Source of the DNA: Pavona decussata
Taxonomy: Eukaryota
Length of the DNA stretch: 64,000 bases
Reading direction: 5' to 3'
Assembly (NCBI GenBank): GCA_977016875.1
Contig: CDRNST010000144.1
Location: forward strand, 2,852,001-2,916,000
The notes under the pieces were generated by a model that saw only the letters and a program-made list of their open reading frames with translations, was not told the DNA's origin and ran no database searches. A program made the translations under genes and the position numbers. Within the stretch, counting starts at the first letter, position 1, and each line of letters starts with the position of its first letter. This document shows, piece by piece, positions 12,546 to 26,200 of the stretch.

Positions 12546-15500
12546 AAACTAAATACCTTTAACATAAATGGTTACTTGACACTGTGCTGTAACCCCATTT
12601 GGATTCGTCGCCGTATACGTCAAACTCGTTTCTCCCGATGGGAAGGTTTTATTGGTGTTGTATCGCTCCGGTGTGATTTTTATTCTCTCTGCCGGTTGAT
12701 TGGATTGAGGGTCCCCGAGTAAAGCAGAGACATCAGCCGTATTGGCGCCGGGAGAAAGGTTGACAGACACGCTACTTGGGCACGTGATCCAAGGATTAGC
12801 AAAAACTAAAAAGAAATTTCAAAATTAGTTAATAGCGGGATTTTTTTTTAAAGGCAGTCCTGACTGAAATGTTTGTGAAAGCAGAATTGTTCCGGGATGC
12901 AAAAAGGTGAAGTCTAGAGAATAGACATTAGGAACTTCGCTTACGGCGAACGGCAAACGGCGGAAATGACCACGTGACCATGTTTATCCTCTATTTGCCA
13001 CTCACTGTTTTCAGTTTCTCAATAAAATTAAGTAGTTTTGCGTTACTGAGCACGAAAGGCCAGAATTGTTTTGCACTTTTCTCATCATGAACTCGTTTTT
13101 TCAAGAAAACATAAACGCGAAAAAATATTTTCAAAACGTATTGAAAATAATAATAAAAAAGTGTAAAGTGTGAGTGTAAGTGCGAATCTGACATTTGCCG
13201 TTTGCCGTAAACGCGATTCTTAACCTCTCTAATGAGTCTAGCGAATCACGAACGCCAGGTTTAAACCCTGTTAGTGTCGATTTAATGAGAATTAGAGCTA
13301 ATTAGTTCTAATTAGTTACTAATTAGAGCGAATGAGTTCTACGTGACGCATTTCCATCATGTCGATAACAGATAGGGGCAAAGAAGAAAACAGTACAGCA
13401 AGGTGCATGTACCGGGTTAGACTAGCATTTTATCCCATCGAAAAAAGGCATAAAAGGAGAATATACACGTCCATGGTTTATTCAAAGTGCAATATGTACA
13501 ATATACATTGATATATTAATGAAATGAAGGCTTTTTTATTTTGCATTCTTAATTGTATATGTCAATAAGATTAAGTTTTCATTTTTATTTTTAAATACCG
13601 CATTTTTAAGTGAGCGGCGTGTTATACTGTTGATACTGTTGTCATTGGCATAAAGTAAATTAATTTTTAACAGCTTCCCTTCCAGTCAAATTCATTCCTT
13701 GAAGTGAAAGGTGGAGCAAAGGTCGTGAACATAAAACTTGCCCCCTTGTAATCATACATTGAATCGACAGAGAAATAATATTAGAATCAAGCGCAATTGT
13801 CAAAGAGGTGGCAACAGCAGCCCCATAGCCATGCAGACGCTTTTGACTGATATAAGAGAATCTTTGCTACATCATTGTTTTCGTTTTTCCCCAATAGGAT
13901 ATATATCTATGTAATATCAAACAGTTAACTACCAGCAAAATATATGTCACTTAATTTTAGGTGGTGATTAATAGTCGGGTGTTATGTTAAAATTTCTCGA
14001 CCGAGGTCAGTAGCTTCTTTGTCTTCTGGGGCAGGCGGATACGCTTACCCTCATTACTTCACAAGTATGAGAGCTAAGAAAATGAGACTGGGAGGACTCA
14101 TAGTACGATTAAAGTTGTCGCCTTTGATTTCCAGAGCAGCAAGTGATTTGGTCAAATGACGGGAATTACGTGAGGATCTCAAAATGGCGGCCATCTTGGA
14201 TCCATCATCTTGGATTTCTTGATTTTCCCCCAAAACCTCATAAACTACCAAAACCGACCAAAAAGTACTCAAAATGGGAAAAACAAGAAAGAAAATGATA
14301 TGAAAATCATGAATTTCACCTTGAAAATTGATTATAGCAAGTTAAAAACAGAGATATTCCGAAATCCTAAGTTAGCCTCTCAGTCAAACATTAGTAGTCG
14401 AATCCCTGTCAAGATAGGGTTGATGGTCCATTGTTCCAAATTATTTAACCCAGTGTGGAGCATTTTTTAAGCTCCTACGATATGCGGAGTGCATGTCTTT
14501 GTAGCTTAAGCATTGCAGTTTATACTTAGGTGCTAATGAGGTGAGAAATGTAAACAAAGCTCCCTCTATTAAGTTATCATATTATTCATATTATATATTT
14601 CCAGGCCTATTGAATGAAGCAATTGATATCAAATTGATGGCATTTTTAAAATTTGGACAAATTATTGCTAAAGAGGAAACAAGGCAGCATCGAGGAAAGT
14701 GCTGTAATTGAGAGGAATTTACCTTGTTGGCATGTTGGCTCCTCTTGACTGTCCCATTGGCCACTGCTTAGGCATCGTTTCTGCGATACTCCTGATATCG
14801 TATAGCCACTATTGCAGTAATAATAACATGACTCTTGGAAATAGTTCCCAACGGTTTTGCAGGTGTCTGGGATGATTTTGCCATTAGTAGGGGCAGTGAG
14901 ATTTGGGCAGCTCACTCCTGTTATGGAAAGTTGACAGAAACGGTTAAAACCTTCTCATTATTTGGCACATTTTTATTTAAGGGATACGAATTCTTCCCAA
15001 AACTTGGCAAGCATCGGTATCCTTTAGTATTAATCTAGCCGCAGTCGAAGAGAGCGAATACCTTTTTCCATTGGATAAATTACTATCCGTGGATGAATAT
15101 GTACTCCAACTAGTGCATTCTTTCCACTGGTTATCGACTTATCCGCTGAATAAACTAAAGTTATCTTTGATGTGTCAAGGTTTAGACGTATACCCTGTAA
15201 ACTACGAATAACAAGTATATAGCCAACCCTTTAATAAATAGAACTTGTTCCTTCCAGGAGCTCGCATTTACTCAGATCACTGACAGCCTCTAAGTCTAGT
15301 CTCTACTGCAAGTACTGTTTTGTACTGTTTTTTTTTTTGTTTCACTGATGGTTCTGTGGTACCAATAATCATTTATGCACTTGAGTAAAGAAAGGGAATG
15401 AAGAGGTAAAGTGCCCGTGCATTATTATTATTATTATTATTATTATTGTTATTGCGAAAAAATGTTTCGATTTGCAGGAAACGTTATTGTTTACATTTTT

Positions 15501-18500
15501 TAAAAAAACTCGGTATATTTTTGTGTTGAACCGGTACCGCTGACCAGGAAGGACGACGGACGTCATGTAAAATAGATTCAAAAACCAGCGCTAGAGTGGT
15601 CCAAACGAAGTGAAAGGAAAATGGTGAGTGCTGGTCAGTCTTCGTGTTATATCTGCAATGTCATTGGCTGAAGAGAGTTAAGACAGCTAAGACGAAGTTG
15701 AAGTAGCGTGTTCCCTAATCTATATTACAGCTCCGAAAAGAACAAAAGAAGGCTGAATTAAGTGTGAGCCAAAATGGCGGCAAATTTGAGAGTTTTCGTA
15801 AATTAATAAAAAAACAAACAAACAAACACACTTTTTATCCAAATGGCGAATTTTTTTAGTTTTGCAGAACTTCTTTGTGTACCGTTTTAATTCAGATGAG
15901 AAGATAAAAAAAAAAAAAAAAAATCATGGAAACTTTATTATTTTTGCAACAGGGGAAACCACAATGTGGGACTATGCCTTCTAATACAGATGTATTATTG
16001 CAGAGTTTATGACTTTGCAGGAAAACCAAGGGCTATTGAAAATCAGAACGAAAATTTAGGATAACCACCGTTTTTTAGATATAATTAAGCAACAATAATC
16101 TAAAAAAGCTTTAACATACATAACAATACATTATTTTTTTTCAAATTTAATTTTGATACCTCCGAAGAATGAGAGTGGCTACCTCCAAATTTTCTTTTCG
16201 GATTTCAATAGCCCTTGCTAAAATCTATTTCTGCAAAAATACCTTTGAATTATTAGGCACCTATTAAGAAATCAGGATTTGTCAGACAATCCCGAAATAC
16301 GCAGCACGCAGTCGCAGTAGCAATAGGAGGCACCACCCTTAAATTTCCTGATCGAAAGTCAGATGCATTAAACACGTGAACTGGACAACAGCGCTTGCAA
16401 AAATTGTTTATTCATATTGCTCTCATGCTTATTTGACACCGGATTTAAACAGGAAGTTCCGGTATAAAAGGGGCCTGGCCAGGCCATTCTAACCTTCAGT
16501 TGTCAATCAACCATCGGGGCGTAAACAACTGACAAACAACATGTGCCTTTTTCTTAGGCTTTTATGTACTGATAAAATCGGCTTAGTTTTCATAATAATC
16601 CTTGTTAAACATATTAGAACTTGATATCCGTTATATTGCTGTCGTGATATTATAATATTTTGAGGCATATTTTCCAGAGGACTTTTGAGGCAACAACTTG
16701 CCACCGACTGAACAGCGTCGAAATTAGCATCTCACGCCCACAAAGGTGTAAAATGCAGGAGGGGCTTACCCTTTTATAGCGGAACTTCTTGTTTAAAGCA
16801 CTACCGTTCTCCTACGTTAGTAAAACTTAAAAATTAACAGAGTTTTAATCTTTGACTTAACTAAGCTAAACCCTGTGAATTGTAACTACTTACTGTCGCA
16901 GTTGATTATAGAAGCATTCCAACTTCCAGTAGACAGGCACAATAACGTGTTCTCATCACTGGGCAACTTATAGCCATCTTGGCAGCTAAATGTGCACTCA
17001 TCGCCAACAACGCTGGCTTGATCTTGTAGGCAGGTGTTCGGGGAGACGTTGGTGCCAGTTGTTTCAATCAGTTTTGGGCAGGTCTTAACTAAAACAATCC
17101 ATTATTAACACATTATCGATTATTTATAACCATCCCCTTAGAAGAACATCCATTTAAGGCGATAAGCATATCTCACATTGCAATTAATGAAAAACATTTG
17201 GACTAGAATTTTGGGTCATGTTGTGAAATATGACCAAAATAATTTACCTGAGCTAGAGACTTAGAATAAAACTTTAAAGCAATTATGTTGACTCAACACA
17301 TGAGGAATAGAGATAATACGAAGAGAATTGTCCTGATATTTACAACCAAAATAATATTTCTAGCATTGCGGTCGTCATAACTGAAATATTCTACAGGCAT
17401 TGGAATTTGTTTTATACAATTCACGTACAATTGGAATGCGCAAGATTCTGTGATTTTGCCTGACAAGCACGATCGGCTTCAATAACATTCCTGGAAAAGT
17501 GTGTGTCGAGGGAGTTCATAACAATGATGCTTTTGTGAACGTTGGAAATTACCATACGAGAAAAACATTAAATACCGCATACTAATAAGGAGGAGGTTTC
17601 ATCGGATATAAACCACTGCACGTGATGTTTTATCGACCATTTGATAGGTCAATGGGTTTATGAATTATGAATAAGTTTTTGAATAACGGATAAGGGTTTA
17701 GTTTCTAAAGAAACTATAGTGTCCCAGTTGTCGGTGGGGAGAAGAGACGGACGTTTGGTTTCTGTCAACAGAGTTCAAAAGGTAATTTGGCCACCGTAAA
17801 GAGATTGGAGTGCTGACGTTTCGAGCGTTAACCCTTCGTTAGAGCGAATCTGTTCGCGATTACCTTATAAATTCTGTTGATAAAACCAAACATTGATACA
17901 GTTATAAAGGGTTTTACAGAGTAAAGTAACACCGATAACTAGGTGCACGTTACGTTGCACATTCTGTGGTATCTGAACTCTCGAAACTTTAATTTGAACT
18001 CTCGTATGATCTAAAAGTGTTTGGTACCTCGTCGCGGATATTTGGAAGTCGTCAAAAGTGTTCATGGGTTTTCAGAAAATGGCCTCAAGCACTCAAATTA
18101 CTGGACAATCTTCCGATCTTTTTATTTTTAGAAAACATCCCAAACGCTGTAATGATGAACCTTACAACATGCTCTGAAAGTTGTTTGTGGCCATGAGAAA
18201 AAATTCCAAAAAACGAGAAAAAAAATCCAAAAACGACTAAAACACGTTCGCGAAATAAGACAAATTGAGGAAAATCTTCTTTAGATTTCTACTCTTTCCA
18301 AGTCACTTACAACTTGAGTGAAATTTTCATGACGGAGACATATATTTTATAGTCATGAGTTAAACTAGTATGAGATTGTTTCCTGTGGTGTACCGGCAAT
18401 ATTTTCCTGGTGCTGGCTTGATTTTGCTTAGACTAAACTCTCGAATACCAGCCACTCAGTGGATTTTTAACAAATATTCCACGAGCGCGCGTCGGATATG

Positions 18501-20198
18501 AGATGATAGATAGCCAACGAGCCGCGTAACGCCGATTTGGCTATAATCATCCCATATCCAACAAGCGTGAGTGGAATAATTGTTTTATTGAAAACAATCA
18601 AGAAATATTGCTAGATTTTGCTGATTTAGCTTTGCAAGATAAATAAGAAGACAATTTAATGGTCTCTAGTATTCGGGCATGGTATAATGGCTCACATACC
18701 ATGGCCGCTGAGCCAATCGTTCGAATTGCATTATACCTTGATCCAGTTTTTAATAATTAGTGGTATAAAGCTGAAGGGCACTGCCCTTGTGTAATTTAAC
18801 CTGAAAGGTTTTGCTTAAGTTACAATGTTTCTGTACCTTTGCACTTGTATTTTTCATTCGCTATTGGTAAATATCCAGCATTACACGTACACTCGTACCC
18901 CGGTTCATTGTTTTTGCAAGTAGTGCTTTTTGCGTCACACTGGTTTGAGCCATCCGCACATTCATCAATATCTAAAGAGAAAAAAGAAATTATCAAGAAA
19001 GAGGCCTTTATTTTGTTCTCGCTTTGGGAGCTGATTGGGAAGAAACGAAGCATGGCAGCCGTCTTTAATTTCGTCACTTGAACTTGGTAGACAGATTATT
19101 AGGCACAGAATTGATAAATGTTAACACTTATTTACAATAAATTTGTGCCTCTAAAGTGAATCTATACAAATTAAAAATATCACACATTAAAACAGTAAAA
19201 AACAGGTGTAGAGTTAATCTATAACACTTAAAAATAGCAACAGCAATTATAAACAGGTTAAAAAACAATATAATACATAACATATCACTGAAATCTACAT
19301 GCGTCGGACCATTAATTTGTAGAAAAAAATAAAAATAAAAAAGACTTCGAAAAAAAAGACCTCTACCATTATTTTAAAAACCTTTTTAAGGCTGAGGTAA
19401 TGGGCAAAAGTTTTGGGATACGCTAAGAACATAACTTGCTTAAAGTTTAAATACAAACGTCTAATAAAATGGCTGCCCAATTTGCTTCTCGTTCTGAAAC
19501 ACTTTTTATAGGTTTCCTGGACATAGCCGCATTGATTTAAGGAAGTATTACACCATCCAACTTTAGACTATTTTAAACACGGAACCGCATTATAAAAGGA
19601 ACCTTAGCCTGGCCAAGCCACCGGTCATTTCATTGTACACACTGAGCTGTGAACATCGTAGGATTCGTGCGGCATGATATAATAATAAAAATGACGGAAT
19701 AAATTTAAAATTCGTATGCGTATTTACCTCGTGATTTTCTTATTTGTTTTTGCGGCTCAGTTACAACATATTTTGTCCAAGATATTCTTTTAACAGCTAA
19801 GATTATTTTTTCAAGACTCGTTTGACTTTATTTTTTGAAATATCGATTCCACAACATTTACTTCCAACTTGCTCACTATGTCCGCCATCCCCCTTCATTG
19901 ATGTGACGTTGAAGGTGTGACTGTATGACAATGCTTTCAGGTTCAAATGGCCGAAAAAAAAGTTTCAATGTCAGCCTGGTGTTTGTGATTGCACGACCAT
20001 TGTGGTCACAACGCCTTCATTATGAAATGGTAGGTTTCAATACCAAGCGATTATATTAACGTGGTAGTTTTTTGCACGTTGTTTTTTGGGAAACCGGCTT
20101 TAATTTAAAAATTTTTAGGAGAGAAAGCAAACAGATCCATTAGCAGCAAACAGAATCATTAACGCCCTATTCTCTTTCTCAGGCTAAGGAGAGAAAAC

Positions 20199-20268
<70 letters not shown>

Positions 20269-23200
20269 TTAATATTTTTTTAAATAATAATAATAAAATC
20301 TTTATTACAAAACCTCAATTAAAATCCTATTAACAATCAACCTGCTGTTACAAAAAATCCAATTAATTCATCAAGACTCTATTCATTCTCAAATTCTAAA
20401 AAATAGAAGTAACTTAACCTTGCTTGGAATNNNNNNNNNNNNNNNNNNNNNNNNNNNNNNNNNNNNNNNNNNNNNNNNNNNNNNNNNNNNNNNNNNNNNN
20501 NNNNNNNNNNNNNNNNNNNNNNNNNNNNNNNNNNNNNNNNNNNNNNNNNNNNNNNNNNNNNNNNNNNNNNNNNNNNNNNNNNNNNNNNNNNACCAGAAGG
20601 AAAGTAACATGTTTACTGTCTACATAGTACATAAAGGTATAAGATAATTATGCTGTTCACCTTCACAAGTCAGTTTGTCGGGCTTAAGCTTATATCCGTC
20701 GTTACAGGAACAAAAGTAGCTACCATTGGTATTCGTACAGATGTCCTGGCATCCACCCTTAGCGAGTGAGCATTCATTTATATCTGTTGAATTTAATTAT
20801 CAATACAAATTTAGGTGAATATGAATCATCGAGGTTTGAGCTCTCTAAATAACTGCTACCTTAGTTATAGCAGTGCGACTCTGGCAATGTCGTAAAAAGA
20901 CAGATGTGTTATATTCACTCGTCCTAGTGGAAAGAGAAGGCAGGAAGTGCTCGAGTTAAGTTTGAACAATCAAACGTTTATTTTTAAGGCAAATACCACC
21001 AAGCGTCCTGACTTTTATGCAGCAATTTGGTACAAAAGTTCATTGTTCACGGGACGTAATGTTTCCTTGACAACGACATGTGGTAGCCATGCCGAGTTCT
21101 GTGAGATTTTGAGTTTTCTTACCTGAAAAAGTGAATTTTATCTTAAATCTTAGATTTTTATTCTATCTCAGTGATTATTTATTGGCTTTAATTTTTAAGG
21201 TTTTGGAGAAATCCAGAAATTTTAAGACGGCCGGTTGAAAATGGCTGCTATGTAAAACAAACGACGAAACTGTCCTAGTTTAATTATTCTGAGGGTATTT
21301 CTTTTGCCATCTATATCACATGGACCTTGTTTTTCAAGGTCTTGGTGCTTGCTGCGGAGGGTGGGGGGTGGGGAGCAGGGATTGAGGGCAAATAACTTCA
21401 ACAGCATTAGAGCTATTACAGTGAGTTCGGAGAGTACAGATTATTAGAAAAATATTTCTTCGAGGTCCACAAAACGGGAACAGAATGAAACGTTTTAATT
21501 TGACGTGGTAGGTTCATTATTATTTCTAATCACCCTTCATTTTGTTATTTTCCAAAACCTCGGAAAACCATCAAAATTAAACCACTAATAATAAAAGCAA
21601 AAACAAACGCCGAGAACTGATATAAATACTGTAGCATTAAAGTAAACAAAGAAGAAAACTTTTCTCTCAAAGGTTAAGCTAAAACATGATGTTTTATGGA
21701 AATATCAAGTCACGTGATCAGTGTCATTTTGCCTATGATATTGTGAGACAACTCGAGTGCTTACTTTTCCACACCCCATGCTAAGGCACTGTGCAATAAT
21801 TACCTGGATGGAGGGGTTGGGAAATGGGTAACATACAGCTCAAAATTAAGTTACACCCCCGTCTCACTAAGCAGAACTTAATTTTAACCTCACCCGTCAC
21901 CTACTGGTAATATTAAGGTCAAACTCCCCTCTCCCTTACTTCCCTAATTTATGTGTTGGATGTCTTCCTAGGTACAAAAAGTACTTCAAATGACAATAGA
22001 AATTTTTTTTGAGATGCAAGAACGAGGCAATTAAATTAAGANNNNNNNNNNNNNNNNNNNNNNNNNNNNNNNNNNNNNNNNNNNNNNNNNNNNNNNNNNN
22101 NNNNNNNNNNNNNNNNNNNNNNNNNNNNNNNNNNNNNNNNNNNNNNNNNNNNNNNNNNNNNNNNNNNNNNNNNNNNNNNNNNNNNNNNNNNNNNNNNNNN
22201 NNNNNNNNNNNNNNNNNNNNNNNACTCTTCAATTTATAACTACAGAAATTAGGAAGAACATTGATAATTTTGTTCACGATATAGAGAGAGCGGTGATAAA
22301 ATTTTCTGCCACTTTTCCAATAATGTTTACAGCAAAGTCTTCAAAATCTAGGAATTCAGTGCCAAAGCCAATAGGCGCAAGATTCATGCTGCAGCGGCGA
22401 GAAAGAAGAGAGCCTGTTTCATATTTTTGTTTTTGGGGTGCTCACCAATTGACAAACGAGTATGAACCAGTGATATATGGCATTCAGCAAGTGAAAGGAA
22501 TTGTTGATTATGAAACTCTTTACATCTGCAAGAAGCAAAGCTTCCTTAAGAGTTCTTGTGAACTCAAGAAGCTTTGTTGAAGAATCTGAAAATGTGATTA
22601 AGGAGTTCCTGTCTGATTGAGCTTACGTTGGCTTACTATCTAAGTTCAATTTATTGCTATTAAATTCAACGGTTGGGTTTTCAATTCTTTTTAATTAAAA
22701 TGACATGTAGGATTCTACATTGGCATCTTTCTTTTTCACTGAATAACATCATAGTACAACTTTCACAACGCTTAAGGGTTCCTGCTTCATCAAAACCTGG
22801 TGTCAATAAAGTAGCACTGTTTTAATACCTAACAGAGGTATTCCTTTCCCACTGCAGGACACATAGGAAGATAGAAAATAATCAGCCAGTTCAGAGATCT
22901 GAAAACACCTGGAGTTGATATTTTCCCAGTTTAATTCCAGTGTAAGTAAGTATAAATATCTACTAGCCCTTCTACCACTTTTCCAGTTTGTGAAAAAGAG
23001 TGAAAAAGTAATCCCCCCATGTATGTATTAAAATTTACATCCAATCCCCCTCTCTCTAGTTGTGATTTTCCTCTATTCCCCCCACCCCCTCCCTCTGGTT
23101 TCCCAACCCCTCCCCCTCCAGGCAATTATTACATAGTCCCTAAAATAGGGTTATGGAATGTTCGCTCTTACCAATTAAAAAAAAGGAATAATAAAAGTAA

Positions 23201-26200
23201 AACATCACCGAAATGATTCTTAAACCATATCAAGAGAAACAAACAAACAAAAATGAATTAGTTACCTTGGCAGATCTTTTCGGTTTCAGAGGCAGTCTTA
23301 TACCCAGAAGGACAAGTGCAGATAGCAGTACCATTCAGGTTCTGACAAGTGTGACTACATCCATAGTTATTATTTTTGCATTCGTCGATATCTGGATAGA
23401 AAAAGTAAATATATCAATATGAGATTGACCACATGGAATTTTAGTCAAGCAGCGACTTAAATAGTCATATTTTGGAACTGCTGGCTCTAGGTGAAATATA
23501 GAATAAACAAAAGCACTATTTAACAAGGTTCGACACTGAAAAATTATCAAGTATCTTCCTTTAACGTTCATAGTACACCGGTGTTCAAGGGCAAATGTCC
23601 TTAAAAAATCTTGAGACTTTCTTGTAGGTACCCTCAGGTATAATAGATGATTTGTGTAGCTTTAGTTTCCCATTTCTGCCACTTGCTCTTTGTTCCTATT
23701 ATTGTTTGCTGCTTATTCTTTCATTCTTTCGTCCGTGGAAAAAAGTTCACCAAAATTGTATGATAATTAAGATCACATTTCCAAACCTCCTTCACGGTAG
23801 TGATTTCCTTTGTTTTCTCTTTATGAATTATTAAAGAGTTTGAGAACGTGAAATCAAAAATGCTGGGGCGAGGGAGATTTTAAATATATTGTTCTATGTT
23901 GAGGACAAGGTTTTTGTTGGTTACCGTGGTAGATAGATTAATAATAAAGTGTATTGCAGTTTGTCTCACGATGAAGTCACTTGAGATGTAGATCGCAACG
24001 TTTCGACTTCTTACAGCCAATCTTCTTCAGGCGATGGGGTCAACATTTATATCACTGAGGCACCATTTATATCACTGAGATCGGCTGTGATTGGTGCATT
24101 TCGATCCTCCATTGTTCCAACCTCTCACTGGAACAATGGAACACTGGATGATCGAAATGCGCCAAGCACAAGAAATGGTGCCACGTAACAGTCGAAACGT
24201 CGCGATCTACATCTCAAGTGACTACATCATGATACAAACAAAATAGACTTTATTGGGTTTGACGAAGAAGAACGCATTCATTAGAGTTAAGGTTGTATGG
24301 GACAATCAAAGATCGAACGCGTTTGGCATCCCCCGAATATTTTGCTGGGGTGGATGACATCATCACCAACTTGGCAAAGGAGCCAGATGTTGGGATCGAG
24401 ATCATCGAGCGTACTCCTTGATCTTTGATTATTTCTAATTTTAAAGCTTTTTTAAATTCCTGTTGCTAAATTCTCTCTAAAAATGCGTGGTTTCCCCCAA
24501 TTTTCCTCTTGGAATTTAATAACCCTTGCTAAGCACTGCTTTTTCCGAACAGCCATAATCTGTGCAAAAATACCTCAGTATTAGTAGGCACTGTCCATGA
24601 CTGCAATGTATTTCAGGAATAGGGGTTTCATGATAAATCATCGAGGCTTGTTTGATGATTGAAAATAAATATTATTTCACCTTTGCACTGGAACTGTGTG
24701 TGTGGTTCAAATCCATTGCGGCAGTTGCACTCATAACTTCCAACGTTATTAACACAGACTGTCGAGAACGTGTCACATTCATCGGTCTGTCTTGAACATT
24801 CATCAATATCTGCCAATTATAACAAATCCAAAATTAACAGAAATAATGCACAATTATTGACTGCGTGGAAGGGACGCACTGGGAACATTCTCATGTGGCC
24901 TGACTTGACTCAGTACGCTCGCACAGTGTTTGTCAGCCATCATAAGAACAAATCAAAAGTTTCAAAGTTTGATCCTCCGAAGTAAATTGCAGTTCGCACG
25001 CAGAATAGTAGTGTGATAGCGCACATTTTGAAATACATTGCGAAGAATTCTAAAATAACATAACCCCAAGAGACGTACGGTCAAACTGACTACGTGTAGA
25101 AACTAGGTTTTTTGTCCCGTCATTATATAACATTTGGACTATCCCGGCATCTAAGCAAAATATAACGCTCATATACACGATTTTGCTATTTTTAAGATGT
25201 GGTTTGTGGGTGTCTGGATTTCTTTTTGAACACAAAAACAACATTTAGCAGCAAAAGATCACACGATCGCGCGTTAAAACTTACCTTTGCAATTTAATGC
25301 ATTGTGTCTTTCATATCCAGAGAGACAAGGACACCAGTAGCTTCCTATCGTGTTATTACAGCTGGTAGTGCCCTTGTTGCAGCTGTCTAGTTTTTCCGCA
25401 CATTCATCGATGTCTAAATAAATTGGAAGGAACAGTATAAACATCTTCCACGACTATCGGAGGTCGCATTATCTTTAAAATATTCTTACATTAACGTCAG
25501 AGACTTCAGAGGCTATATTGAAAGCTCGGTCATAAATGAAACCAGTTTACTGGCGACACCTAGTAAGCAAAGTCTGTTCGTCTTAACTTGAAGTCCCCTT
25601 GATAAGACGCTCGGTGGCCACGGAAGCGTTTTAGGGTCTTTTAGGAAAGTTTTCAGCCATGCACATTTGGAAAAATCATGCATACAGAAGAAACTTTTTC
25701 GTTCCTAATGTCCCGTCTAAAGAGCGCTATATAATATATAGGCTGCTCAGATCCAATTGGTTCAAGTCGTCCGCCCCAAGACCGCCTGTTTCCACCGGCG
25801 GTGTGGATGACCTTCCTCTCGTCAAGGATGCATTTAATTCATGTGTTAGGGTTGTTGGCCAACCTATAAAACCATCCAGGAAGAAGTTTCTTATCATCAC
25901 ACCAGTTTCATCTATTCCATGTCAAAGTCTGCTTACGACACCTGATGAGTAACTGAATACGATGGCCTTAATTTTTTCGGTTACCTTTCACTACATTAAT
26001 ATTTGCAGTCATAAGGGACCTGAAGGGAACAAAACGGCTAGGACAGCAACAAAATCCGTTAAAAAGTGACAGTCCAACTCGATTCAACTCATTTAGATTG
26101 CAAAACGTTGCTTAAAGAGCTGAATCCTTACAGATGTTCAAACTCAGAGATAGAGAAAAAAATTATACCGACATCTGAGTTCTCGTCAAACTTTAAATGT

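Noticed and set aside
20389-20647. ORFs spanning N-runs (also near 22.0, 29.5, 33.7, 35.7, 44.3 and 51.2 kb)
   Set aside because: Assembly-gap artefacts; only the LINE fragment at 51024-51175 has a real motif
22300-22620. Possible LINE zinc-finger remnant ([12 protein letters not shown])
   Set aside because: Too degenerate to support without a homology search
25940-25970. CTGATGAG hammerhead-like half core
   Set aside because: No GAAA partner or stem I follows
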